This document shows, in pieces, positions 1 to 8,720 of a stretch of 64,000 bases of DNA (positions are counted from its first letter, which is position 1; each line of letters starts with the position of its first letter). Source of the DNA: Elusimicrobiaceae bacterium (GTDB lineage Bacteria; Elusimicrobiota; Elusimicrobia; Elusimicrobiales; Elusimicrobiaceae); NCBI GenBank assembly GCA_016281355.1, contig JAEEIL010000002.1:19466-83465 (forward strand), given 5' to 3'. A model generated the notes under the pieces. The model had not been told where the DNA came from, searched no databases, and saw only the letters and a list, made by a program, of their open reading frames with translations. A program made the translations under genes and the position numbers.

Positions 1-537
1 TGAAATAAACATTTGGTTATCATTTAAGATAACTAACAAATTTGATTTTAATTGCCCTGCATTTTGCAAAGCCTCATAAGTTAAACCGCCGGTCATAGAA
101 CCGTCTGCAATGACTGCTACGACTTTATTGTGTTCCCTCTTTTGGTCGCGTGCTGCTGCCATACCGAGTGCAGCAGAAAGCGCTGTTGAAGCATGCCCGG
201 CACCAAAGGCATCATACTCAGATTCATAAATTTTTAAGAAACCGCTTAAACCACCTTTTTTGCGAATAGTATTAAAAACATCTTTCCTACCTGTTAATAA
301 TTTATGGGCATATGTTTGGTGGCCGGTATCAAAAACAAGTTTATCTGACGGGGTATTAAAAACATAATGCAAAGCAACAATTAAGTCCGTTGCACCTAAA
401 CTGGAGCCAAGATGCCCGCCGTTTTTTGATACGGTAGAAATAATTTCTTCCCTTAACTCTTTGCAAAGTTCGGGCAAAAGGTTTTTGTCTATTAAACGAA
501 GTTGGGCTGGTGTATTAATTTTATCTAAAATTTTCAT
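1..537 (-). CDS. dxs: 1-deoxy-D-xylulose-5-phosphate synthase, N-terminal 179 codons (gene runs out of window at position 1)
   Basis: Own translation of minus strand from ATG (complement of 535-537): MKILDKINTPAQLRLIDKNLLPELCKELREEIISTVSKNGGHLGSSLGATDLIVALHYVFNTPSDKLVFDTGHQTYAHKLLTGRKDVF... GGHLxSSLG and GHQxYxHKLLTGR are DXS N-terminal signatures. It lies 7 nt downstream of ispA (classical ispA-dxs order). It is not in the ORF track because no stop lies inside the window. Confidence 0.85.
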   Translation of the reverse strand, partial: MKILDKINTPAQLRLIDKNLLPELCKELREEIISTVSKNGGHLGSSLGATDLIVALHYVFNTPSDKLVFDTGHQTYAHKLLTGRKDVFNTIRKKGGLSGFLKIYESEYDAFGAGHASTALSAALGMAAARDQKREHNKVVAVIADGSMTGGLTYEALQNAGQLKSNLLVILNDNQMFIS

Positions 538-544
538 AGGACCT

Positions 545-1549
545 CTAGTAAGAACGGCTTAAAAAGAAATTTGCCACATCATAAAGCGGTGCAAGTTTCT
601 CTTTATTTACACCTTTTAAATTATCAAGTGCTTTTGTTGCACTTTCCACCGCTTTCTTAGCGGCAATTTTGGCTTCATCAATACCGTATAAAGTAACGAA
701 AGTTAATTTTTTATTTTCCGCATCACTGTTTGATTTACCAAGTTGTTTTGCAGTTGCGGTTGCATCTAAAATATCATCAACTACCTGGAAGGCAAAACCT
801 ATTTTCCCGGCATAAGTTTTAATATTTTTCAAATTATTTCCTGTAGCACCGGCAAGCAAAGCGCCGATTTCAACAGCAGTAGTTATTAAAGCACCTGTTT
901 TATTTGCGTGTATATAGGCAAGTAAAGCCGCGGCGGAAACTTCCTTACCCTCTTTAGGAAGTAAAAAATATTGCGGGGCTTTACTGCCTTTAAAAAGTTT
1001 ATTTTTTAAAAGCACTTGCGCCCTTTTGCTTTTGCCATCCAAAATACCTTCGGCAAAAATATCGGCAACCTGGCCGCCTATCATACCGCTAACCCCGCCG
1101 AAATTTGCTAAAGATTTAATTGCAAGTACTAAATTTTGCGGCTTAATTTTTTTATTATTTCCTAAATTTGAAAGTGTTTCAAAAGCATAGGTTAAAAGGC
1201 CGTCACCTGCTAAGATGGCAAGGTCCTCCCCGTACACTTTATGGTTTGTGGGGCGGCCGCGCCTGAGTGAATCATTATCCATGGCGGGTAAGTCATCATG
1301 TATAAGGGAATAAGTGTGCAACATTTCCACTGCGCATGCTGCAGGTAAAATGTCTTTTTTATCAGCACCGAAGACTTCCGCTGCTGCCAAAGTTAAAACC
1401 GGCCTTAAACGTTTACCGCCGGCCTGCAAAGAATAGGCCATTGCATCAATAATAATTTGCGGGGCATTTTTAATTTTTTTTAATTCTGATCTAAGCCCAT
1501 TTTCTACAAATGCAGCACGATTTTTTAAATAAGTTTCGAATTTAGCCAT
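545..1549 (-). CDS. ispA: trans-polyprenyl diphosphate synthase (farnesyl/geranylgeranyl diphosphate synthase)
   Basis: 334-aa ORF with both Asp-rich prenyltransferase motifs (LIHDDLPAMDNDSLRRG, FQVVDDILD) and KTGAL. Located directly upstream of dxs. Confidence 0.85.
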   Translation of the reverse strand: MAKFETYLKNRAAFVENGLRSELKKIKNAPQIIIDAMAYSLQAGGKRLRPVLTLAAAEVFGADKKDILPAACAVEMLHTYSLIHDDLPAMDNDSLRRGRPTNHKVYGEDLAILAGDGLLTYAFETLSNLGNNKKIKPQNLVLAIKSLANFGGVSGMIGGQVADIFAEGILDGKSKRAQVLLKNKLFKGSKAPQYFLLPKEGKEVSAAALLAYIHANKTGALITTAVEIGALLAGATGNNLKNIKTYAGKIGFAFQVVDDILDATATAKQLGKSNSDAENKKLTFVTLYGIDEAKIAAKKAVESATKALDNLKGVNKEKLAPLYDVANFFLSRSY

Positions 1550-1610
1550 AGCACTTCCCTATGTAAAACATTATATATAATCATTATACAATATATTGAC
1601 TGAAAAGCCA

Positions 1611-1645
1611 TAAAAAAACCGCCCTTTAAAACAAGAGCGGTTTTT
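1611..1645 (-). terminator. putative rho-independent terminator after slyD-like gene
   Basis: AAAACCGC (1615-1622) pairs with GCGGTTTT (1637-1644). A T-run follows on the minus strand. The loop is long (14 nt), so this is only moderately convincing. Confidence 0.4.
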
Positions 1646-1658
1646 AAAATAAAATATT

Positions 1659-2075
1659 TTATTTTACTGAAATTACTTCAACATCAAAATGCAAGGTTTT
1701 ACCGGCAAGCGGATGGTTAAAATCAAGTACGACTTCCCCATCGGTAATTTCAGTAATTTTAGCCCTAAAAGTATGGCCGTTTGCACTTGCACCAACTATA
1801 TCGCCGATATGCATTTGCTCAATATTTTGTATAGCGGTTTTGGGTACACGACGGAAGGCCTCTTTATTTACATTACCATAGGCTTCTTCTGCGGGAATAT
1901 CTACGGAAATTTTATCCCCGGCCTGCTTGCCTTCCAAGGCACGTTCAAGGCCAATAATTATTTGGCCTGCACCTTGTGTATACTCCAAAGGGCCGCGCCC
2001 TTTTGAAGTGTCTGCTACTTTACCGTCAACGGTTAAAGTATAATCAATAGCAACTTTTGAATCTTTTTTTATCAT
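1659..2075 (-). CDS. slyD: FKBP-type peptidyl-prolyl cis-trans isomerase, SlyD/FkpB-like
   Basis: MIKKDSKVAIDYTLTVDGKV...GLERALEGKQAGDK...DFNHPLAGKTLHFDVEVISV is the SlyD-type FKBP pattern. I place the start at ATG 2075, preceded by GAGGAA. The longer track ORF (to 2111) would overlap the upstream gene. Confidence 0.75.
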   Translation of the reverse strand: MIKKDSKVAIDYTLTVDGKVADTSKGRGPLEYTQGAGQIIIGLERALEGKQAGDKISVDIPAEEAYGNVNKEAFRRVPKTAIQNIEQMHIGDIVGASANGHTFRAKITEITDGEVVLDFNHPLAGKTLHFDVEVISVK

Positions 2076-2098
2076 AAATTCCTCAATAAATTTTAATA

Positions 2099-2734
2099 CT
2101 ACGGCTCCCAAGCGCCATCTGACGGCTCACGGCACTGATCTGTAGGTTCTGTACCGGTGTACTTAACTAAATATGGGCGGCATACTTCACTTCCTTTAAT
2201 TCTTAAATTTACCCATGTTAGTTTATCATTACTACCAAGAACAGGCGGGAACCCATTAATATTTTTACCATTTGTCAAAGTAGTTAAATTACCTACGTAT
2301 ACAGTAGGTTTAACACCAGGATACGTACCGAAATTCATTCCGTAGTTAGTTGCGGATATATCAGTAGTATCTCTTGTCCCACTACCAATGGTTAAGGTTT
2401 TAATTGCTCCGGTACTGGAAACAATTCTAAGATTATTATCCGCGTAGAAATGAGGTATTGCATAACCGGTAACTCCGATTTTAAGATTTTCAACTCTAAT
2501 TTGGGAATTAGGTGCCGCCCCTAACACTAGCCCCCCGGTTTTTTTCAAATATTCCGTCTCACCACTAGCACCGGTGGCATCATCACGATTAAAAGAATTA
2601 GCGTTTTGTGTTAAGGTAACATTTTGATGTATTATATGCGAAGGAGGAAAAAATGAAACAAAATTAACATTTCTTTGCGCATAAACACCGGCAGTTATTA
2701 ATAACAAAGTGAAACTAAAAAATAATTTCTTCAT
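2099..2734 (-). CDS. hypothetical secreted protein (211 aa), Asn/Thr/Gly-rich
   Basis: Signal-peptide-like N-terminus MKKLFFSFTLLLITAGVYAQ. Lies 8 nt downstream of the 526-aa secreted-protein gene. I recognise no domain. Confidence 0.6.
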   Translation of the reverse strand: MKKLFFSFTLLLITAGVYAQRNVNFVSFFPPSHIIHQNVTLTQNANSFNRDDATGASGETEYLKKTGGLVLGAAPNSQIRVENLKIGVTGYAIPHFYADNNLRIVSSTGAIKTLTIGSGTRDTTDISATNYGMNFGTYPGVKPTVYVGNLTTLTNGKNINGFPPVLGSNDKLTWVNLRIKGSEVCRPYLVKYTGTEPTDQCREPSDGAWEP

Positions 2735-2742
2735 ACACTCTC

Positions 2743-4323
2743 CTAATAATCCGTTGTAAAAAATTTGTAATCATTCTGTGCAGTACCAGAGGTTTCTTGC
2801 CAACTTGCTGGCATATTGCACCTAACTTTCCTTCTAATACACATTTTATAGTACTTACTATTGGGTTGAAGTCCTTCCCATGATTTAGAAATTTGAGTAG
2901 GTTGATTAGTCTCATAATCCGTTCTTTTTGTTCCTTGGGGGCAAAAACCAACAGTAAAAGTTGCAATTCTTATGTCTTGCTTTGTCCCTTCCGCTTCAGG
3001 CCAGAGATTTGTAACTGAGTTGGTACTTGCAGGTAAAGACTGTCCAATAAATGAACTACTCCTTACATATACCATGTCTTTAGGGCACGATTTGCCATTA
3101 CAAATTGCATAACACGGATTATCGTTGTTGTTTGCTGTTATGCTATCTATAGATTTATACTCACCGTTAATAAAAATATGACTTGCTACCTGATTTAAAT
3201 TGAAATTAGTACCGTTATATATCCAAAACGGGACGATTTTACTTTCATTATCAACACGCACTTTTAGTGGGGTTTGTGCAACCAAAGTGGCGTTATTGCC
3301 TTCTACCCTATATATCTCTTGTACTTTAAATTCATAATAGGCCGTATTGTTGTTAGCCCCTCCTCCTGGTGCACTATTCTGAGCCCCGGCAGTAACAGCT
3401 TGATAATCATAACACCAATGTCGCCCACTGGTATAATAATACTCGGGGTCACGTATACCATTATCACGTCCACCTGTTTTACCTACGCACGAAAACAACG
3501 AAGAACTAGTATCATATATATCTGTATTGTTACCGGCATTATGTCTGTAACATTTGTCCCCTGTTGATGTTAAATCGCAAGGATCTGTACCTGAAAGGTC
3601 TGTAGGTAAACTGCCGTTATATGCAACTTCCCATGGCCCATAATAGTTTTTTATATCACTTGCGGTATCTTCTTTTAATTCAAAAGTCGTCGCTGTCCCT
3701 GTTGCTCTTACGTCAGTACCGGCCTGGGACCACAAGAACATCCTTGGGTTAGGAAATGGCTGGGAGCCGACTCTTAAATCCCTCATATACAGGTATACAT
3801 TTGAAGGGGATTCCGACGTCCCTGTATTTCTTACATTCCAGGCACTTACATTTACTGCGGTTGGCATCTGCAAAAACCGTGCGGTAAAATTACGATGATA
3901 ATCTAAAAGCAAAACACCGTTGCCATTTATTTCCACAGAAGATGATTTGTTAAAAGTTACGCCATCGGTTACCAAAGTACCGTCTACACTCATATTTCTT
4001 ATATAAAGATTATTGTTAGAAGAATTATTATAAAAAATGTTTCCAAATACAATTTCTTGATCTTGTTGCAAATGAAACCTTTTAACAGAATCCCAATAAT
4101 ACGAAGGCCTTTTGCCAAGTTCCAATAAAAATGTTCTATCCCCTTTTGTGTTTAGATTCATTGTATCTAATACTGTTAAGTCCCTATAAACCGCATTGGA
4201 GTATTGGGAACGAATCACTTTGCGAGATTCATTAAAATTAATTGCAAAAAGTGATGATGATATGGTCAAAAACCATACTAAGGTTAAACTTATTAAAATA
4301 TTTTTAGTTAAATAACTTTTCAT
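2743..4323 (-). CDS. hypothetical secreted protein (526 aa), Asn/Thr/Tyr/Cys-rich
   Basis: Hydrophobic N-terminal signal/anchor (NILISLTLVWFLTISSSLFA). Long clean ORF with its own consensus promoter. I recognise no domain. Confidence 0.65.
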   Translation of the reverse strand: MKSYLTKNILISLTLVWFLTISSSLFAINFNESRKVIRSQYSNAVYRDLTVLDTMNLNTKGDRTFLLELGKRPSYYWDSVKRFHLQQDQEIVFGNIFYNNSSNNNLYIRNMSVDGTLVTDGVTFNKSSSVEINGNGVLLLDYHRNFTARFLQMPTAVNVSAWNVRNTGTSESPSNVYLYMRDLRVGSQPFPNPRMFLWSQAGTDVRATGTATTFELKEDTASDIKNYYGPWEVAYNGSLPTDLSGTDPCDLTSTGDKCYRHNAGNNTDIYDTSSSLFSCVGKTGGRDNGIRDPEYYYTSGRHWCYDYQAVTAGAQNSAPGGGANNNTAYYEFKVQEIYRVEGNNATLVAQTPLKVRVDNESKIVPFWIYNGTNFNLNQVASHIFINGEYKSIDSITANNNDNPCYAICNGKSCPKDMVYVRSSSFIGQSLPASTNSVTNLWPEAEGTKQDIRIATFTVGFCPQGTKRTDYETNQPTQISKSWEGLQPNSKYYKMCIRRKVRCNMPASWQETSGTAQNDYKFFTTDY

Positions 4324-4339
4324 ATAGTACCCTCATAAA

Positions 4340-4368
4340 ATAATATCAGTAAATGACCTTGTTGTCAA
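4340..4368 (-). promoter_or_regulatory. sigma70-type promoter of the secreted-protein pair
   Basis: On the minus strand: TTGACA (complement of 4363-4368), a 17-nt spacer, then TATTAT (complement of 4340-4345). GAGGG lies upstream of the ATG at 4323. Confidence 0.5.
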
Positions 4369-4385
4369 GTACATAATAAACCGTT

Positions 4386-5546
4386 TTAAATCCCGGAAAG
4401 TTTCTTAAGTTGAGTGGCTTTATCTGTTCTTTCCCAAGGGAAACCTTCCCTGCCGAAATGCCCGTAAGCTGCCGTATTAAAATAAATAGGGCGGCGCAAG
4501 TCAAATTGATCTATTATGGCTTTCGGTGTCATTTTAAAAATTTTTAAACAAATTTTTGTAAGTTCATCATCACTGATTTTGCCTGTTCCTAATGTATCCA
4601 AATAAAACCCAACAGGTTCCGCTTTGCCGATAGCATATGCAATATGAACGGTAACTTCTTTGGCAAGGCCTGCAGCAACAATATTCTTGGCAATATAACG
4701 TGCCATATAAGAAGCGGAACGGTCAACTTTAGTAGGATCTTTACCACTAAATGCACCACCGCCATGTGCACAACGCCCGCCGTAAGTATCAACAATAATT
4801 TTGCGGCCGGTTACACCGCTGTCACTTTGAGGCCCGCCGATAACAAATTTGCCGGTGGGGTTAATTAAATATTTTGTCTTTCCATCCACCCAATTTTTTA
4901 AGACGGGTTTTATTGCTTTTTCAATAAGTTCTTTTTTAGATTTTTCCGTAATCTGTTTGCCGGTTTTATCTAAAATATCTTCGGTATGTTGTGTTGATAA
5001 AACAACCGTTTCAACACGCAAAGGTTTACCGTCTTTATATTCAACGGTTACTTGGCTTTTACTGTCCGGCCCTATATAAGGCAATGTTTTATTGCGTCTG
5101 AGTTTTGCTAAATTTACTAAAATCTTTTCTGAAAGTTGTAAGGGCAAAGGCATTAATTCTTTTGTTTCATCACAAGCATAACCGACCATAAACCCTTGGT
5201 CCCCTGCGCCGCCGACATCAACCCCCTGGCTGATATCCGGCGATTGTTTACCGATAATGTTTACAACAGAACAAGTGGAATAATTAAAACCGTATTTAGG
5301 GTCAGTATACCCTATTTTTTTTACTACATCCCTGGCAATTTGGTCAACATCAACCCATGTTTTTGTGGTAATTTCCCCGCCGACAATTATAAGCCCGCGG
5401 GTAATAAAAGTTTCACAAGCAACACGGGCGGTTTTATCTTTGGCTAAAATTGCATCCAAAACCGCATCTGAAATTTGGTCACACACTTTATCGGGGTGGC
5501 CTTCGGAAACTGCTTCCGAAGTCAAAAAATAATGGCCTTTACGCAT
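4386..5546 (-). CDS. metK: S-adenosylmethionine synthetase
   Basis: 386 aa. Motifs [42 protein letters not shown] are canonical MetK. Confidence 0.95.
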   Translation of the reverse strand: MRKGHYFLTSEAVSEGHPDKVCDQISDAVLDAILAKDKTARVACETFITRGLIIVGGEITTKTWVDVDQIARDVVKKIGYTDPKYGFNYSTCSVVNIIGKQSPDISQGVDVGGAGDQGFMVGYACDETKELMPLPLQLSEKILVNLAKLRRNKTLPYIGPDSKSQVTVEYKDGKPLRVETVVLSTQHTEDILDKTGKQITEKSKKELIEKAIKPVLKNWVDGKTKYLINPTGKFVIGGPQSDSGVTGRKIIVDTYGGRCAHGGGAFSGKDPTKVDRSASYMARYIAKNIVAAGLAKEVTVHIAYAIGKAEPVGFYLDTLGTGKISDDELTKICLKIFKMTPKAIIDQFDLRRPIYFNTAAYGHFGREGFPWERTDKATQLKKLSGI

Positions 5547-5558
5547 AAACTCTCCTAA

Positions 5559-5575
5559 AATGATATTATATCATT
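5559..5575. promoter_or_regulatory. 17-nt palindrome giving an extended -10 element on both strands (metK / xth divergent promoters)
   Basis: AATGATAT-T-ATATCATT. The plus strand reads TGaTATTAT and the minus strand reads TGaTATAAT. The whole intergenic space is 29 nt. Confidence 0.45.
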
Positions 5576-6343
5576 ATGAGAAAGATTTTTCTATCCTGGA
5601 ATGTAAACGGCCTTAGAGCCGTAGAAAAAAAGGGCTTTAAAGATTGGCTTCTCAATACAGGGGCCGATATCGTTGCCTTGCAAGAAACAAAATGCCTGCC
5701 CGAGCAATTACCGGAAAGTTTAAAAGAAGTACCCGGTTACAATTTATATCTTTCAAGCCCGCAAAGAAAGGGGTATTCCGGCGTAGGTGTTTTTTGTAAA
5801 GAAAAACCTTTGCAGGTAACTTACAACTTAGGTATAGAAGAATTTGATATCGAAGGCCGTTTTATAATGCTTGAATATCAAAATTTTTATTTCATAAACT
5901 GTTATTTTCCAAACGGCGGCAGGGGCGAAGATAGAATTGCATACAAACTCCGTTTTTATGATACATTTTTAAAACTTGTAAAGGAACTTTCCAAACAAAA
6001 ATTTGTTATAACATGTGGCGATGTTAATACTGCCCATAAAGAAATTGACCTTGAACACCCCAAAGAAAACCAAGACGTAACAGGCTTTTTACCATGCGAA
6101 CGTGCATGGCTTGATAGGTTTTTTAATGAAGCCCTTGTTGATACTTTCCGCATTTTTAATAAAGAACCAAAAAATTATACTTGGTGGGATTATAAAACCG
6201 CCGCACGTTCAAGGAATGTAGGCTGGCGGCTTGATTATTTTATGGTTGATTTTAATGCAGCAAAAAATGTTAAAGGGGCAGGCATTTTAAGTGATGTTAT
6301 GGGCTCGGACCATGCACCGATTTCTTTAACTATCGATTTATGA
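5576..6343 (+). CDS. xth: exodeoxyribonuclease III (AP endonuclease)
   Basis: 255 aa. SWNVNGLRA, ALQETK and GSDHAPI match the ExoIII/EEP family pattern. Confidence 0.9.
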   Translation: MRKIFLSWNVNGLRAVEKKGFKDWLLNTGADIVALQETKCLPEQLPESLKEVPGYNLYLSSPQRKGYSGVGVFCKEKPLQVTYNLGIEEFDIEGRFIMLEYQNFYFINCYFPNGGRGEDRIAYKLRFYDTFLKLVKELSKQKFVITCGDVNTAHKEIDLEHPKENQDVTGFLPCERAWLDRFFNEALVDTFRIFNKEPKNYTWWDYKTAARSRNVGWRLDYFMVDFNAAKNVKGAGILSDVMGSDHAPISLTIDL

Positions 6344-7221
6344 TTAAAGCATATTCTTCTTTATTTTTCTTTTGGTTGATTATCGGCTTTGCACCGATTA
6401 TCGGCGGTGTTTCCGTTAAAGTAATAGATAATATTTTGCTTGTTTTTATCGCCAGTGTACTAGGGTTTTTATATTTTCTGCCCTACTTAATAAAGAACGA
6501 AAGTTTTAACACACTTTTTAATAAAAATAATTTTTTACCGTTTCTTGTAATTGCGAATTTCGGCTCCGCTTTGCCTTTTTGTTGTTTACTTTATGCACTT
6601 AATTTTACAACGCCGGCAAACACCGCAATCCTAAACCAATTTGAACTTTTATATTCTTTTATTTTCAGTATAATATTCTTAAAAGAAAAGGTGACCGCAA
6701 AACAAGTTATTGCTTCGCTTTTAATAATTTTGGGTGGCGTGGTATTGATGTCCGGTTCTTTTAAAAATATAAATTTGAAAGGGGATTTGATTGTTATTTT
6801 CAGTGTTTGGATGTTCCAAGTTTCACATATCGCGGCAAAAAAATTATCTGTAAATATCCCTTGCCAGGTGCTTGCTGCTGCGAAAAATTTATATGCTTTG
6901 CCTTTAATGGCCGTTTTGCTTTTAATGTATTCAGATACAATTTTTATTAAACCCGGTATTGCATTTTACGGAGTACTGTTTTATATGGGCATTATCCGCT
7001 ACGGTTTATCTTATTTGCTGTGGTTTTGGGCAATACAAAAACTCTCGCTGCCGAAAGTAACCGCAATTGCCTTATCTTACCCGGCTTTAACTTTAATTTT
7101 ATCTTGCCTGTTTGGTTATGATAAATTAAATTTATATAATATGACAGGGTTAATTTTATCGATGCTCGGGGCTTTGCTTTTAAGCAGGATGATGTCAAAG
7201 GAAGCAAAAAATGCAAAATAA
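6340..7221 (+). CDS. EamA/DMT-family transporter
   Basis: 293 aa, about 10 hydrophobic helices in a duplicated 5+5 arrangement. Start overlaps the xth stop (ATGA). Confidence 0.75.
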   Translation: MIKAYSSLFFFWLIIGFAPIIGGVSVKVIDNILLVFIASVLGFLYFLPYLIKNESFNTLFNKNNFLPFLVIANFGSALPFCCLLYALNFTTPANTAILNQFELLYSFIFSIIFLKEKVTAKQVIASLLIILGGVVLMSGSFKNINLKGDLIVIFSVWMFQVSHIAAKKLSVNIPCQVLAAAKNLYALPLMAVLLLMYSDTIFIKPGIAFYGVLFYMGIIRYGLSYLLWFWAIQKLSLPKVTAIALSYPALTLILSCLFGYDKLNLYNMTGLILSMLGALLLSRMMSKEAKNAK

Positions 7222-7690
7222 AGGTTTTACTTTAATTGAACTTTTAGTTGTTGTTTTGATTATCGGTATACTTGCAGGTATTGCTTTGCCCGCATATCAA
7301 CATATAGTTGAAAAATCACGCAATGCAGAAGCACAAATGATTTTAAAACCCCTTTCCTATTTAATCAGTTATAAACCTAAAACTTCTTATAATAACGATT
7401 TAACACCCAAAGATTTAATTAAAATAGAACTTGACGGCGCCAAATGGAATGCAGATAACACACGTTATCAAACACGTATGCATGCGATAACGGCAAGTTG
7501 CACAGCATCCCCGAAAGAATGTGTTGGGGAAATATTTTACCCGGCTTCAGGTACAACAAAATATAGTTTAAGATTATCAGCTACAAGAAATGGCCCTTTA
7601 GTTAAAACCTGTATTTATAATTCTGCGAAATTCGAAAAGATTTGTGATTATATGGCCCAATATGGTTTTACCAAACAAGCCGGAAATTAA
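7211..7690 (+). CDS. type IV pilin-like / pseudopilin (prepilin-type N-terminal cleavage-methylation domain)
   Basis: MQNKGFTLIELLVVVLIIGILAGIALPAY is the class III signal peptide (G|FTLIE). AAGGAAG SD. Overlaps the EamA gene end by 11 nt. Confidence 0.8.
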   Translation: MQNKGFTLIELLVVVLIIGILAGIALPAYQHIVEKSRNAEAQMILKPLSYLISYKPKTSYNNDLTPKDLIKIELDGAKWNADNTRYQTRMHAITASCTASPKECVGEIFYPASGTTKYSLRLSATRNGPLVKTCIYNSAKFEKICDYMAQYGFTKQAGN

Positions 7691-7692
7691 AA

Positions 7693-7718
7693 AACCCCGC
7701 TTTCGCGGGGTTCTTTCT
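7693..7718. terminator. bidirectional rho-independent terminator
   Basis: AACCCCGC-TTTC-GCGGGGTT hairpin between convergent genes, with a T-rich tail. Confidence 0.7.
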
Positions 7719-7728
7719 AAAACTGTTT

Positions 7729-8208
7729 TTACCTTGCGGCAGTTCTAAAGAAATTACTTTGATTTCTACCACCGGTTAATGTCGGTTTACCGATCATTTT
7801 ATCAGCAACAATTAAAATATCTTTGCTACCGGAAGTATATTCCTGTATACCTGAACCGAAGATATCCCCGCTCTTTAAAACACCTAAAGAACCATGGGAG
7901 TTAATTTGAACTTCCATCTTAATTTTACCGTCATAAGAATCAATAAGCAAATCATCTTTTGTTACTTCAAAATCAAGTGGGAAAGTGGGGTTAATAATAC
8001 GCTTTATTGCTATTGGAACATCAGCTTCATTTTTAGCAATAATTGAGCAGGTGACATTATTAGCCTCAGCGTTTTTTACTAATCTGTCAACGACTTGTAC
8101 ATGCCCGGCAAGCACAAATTTTTGGGCAGGAACAACACCGGTATGGTTATAAAAATAGATACCAAGACCTAAAGTCGCTAACAAAAAGACCGTTGCAAAA
8201 TACTTCAT
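7729..8208 (-). CDS. hypothetical N-terminally membrane-anchored protein (159 aa)
   Basis: Single N-terminal hydrophobic helix (FATVFLLATLGLGIYFY). Lies 1 nt downstream of the SH3b gene. No domain assigned. Confidence 0.5.
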   Translation of the reverse strand: MKYFATVFLLATLGLGIYFYNHTGVVPAQKFVLAGHVQVVDRLVKNAEANNVTCSIIAKNEADVPIAIKRIINPTFPLDFEVTKDDLLIDSYDGKIKMEVQINSHGSLGVLKSGDIFGSGIQEYTSGSKDILIVADKMIGKPTLTGGRNQSNFFRTAAR

Positions 8209-8209
8209 A

Positions 8210-8665
8210 TTATTTCCTGTACTCTAAGAAGCCCCAAACTACTGAAGAATGCACCCAGCCTTTTAAACCGGCATCATCAGTTACCTGAAGCCATGAACCT
8301 TGTTTTTTAATGAATCTTAAAGGATAACCTTTCTCCGCAATCCAAACTACTTGTGAAGTTACATCAGGTTTTTTGCGGACATTTATATCTGATTTCGCTA
8401 CTAATGCCGGAGTTGTGCCGAGTAAATCGCTATGAATCCAACCGGCATAGCCTTCAAAATCTTTCACTTGCACCCATTGGCGATCTTTGCTTACGCCGAA
8501 CATTTCAAGGGGTGTATATTTCCAAACTAAAAACTTTTTAGAGCATTTTGTGCTGGGGCAACTGCGAATTTTGCCCTCTTTTACGACGACACTGGCATAT
8601 TTTGCCACTGCAAATGCGTTGCAGGATAAAAATAAAGTTAAAGAAATCAGAAATAATTTTTTCAT
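8210..8665 (-). CDS. secreted protein with two bacterial SH3 (SH3b) domains
   Basis: Signal peptide MKKLFLISLTLFLSCNAFA. Two repeats of the SH3b pattern (...RSCPS...WVQVKDFEGYAGWIHSDLL and ...NVRKKPD...WLQVTDDAGLKGWVHSSVV). Confidence 0.65.
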   Translation of the reverse strand: MKKLFLISLTLFLSCNAFAVAKYASVVVKEGKIRSCPSTKCSKKFLVWKYTPLEMFGVSKDRQWVQVKDFEGYAGWIHSDLLGTTPALVAKSDINVRKKPDVTSQVVWIAEKGYPLRFIKKQGSWLQVTDDAGLKGWVHSSVVWGFLEYRK

Positions 8666-8720
8666 AGTATCTCCTTACATTTAGTATAGCATATTTATTT
8701 AAAAAATGGAACACATAAAT

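Noticed and set aside
2715-2966. 83-aa minus-strand ORF bridging the two secreted-protein genes
   Set aside because: It is out of frame with, and embedded in, the 526-aa ORF and the start of the 211-aa ORF. It has no independent signals.
5547-5575. SAM riboswitch upstream of metK (likewise a glmS ribozyme before glmS and a TPP riboswitch before the SSS/thiN unit)
   Set aside because: The upstream spaces are 29 nt, an overlap, and 12 nt respectively. These are far too short for the RNA elements, and no conserved cores are seen.
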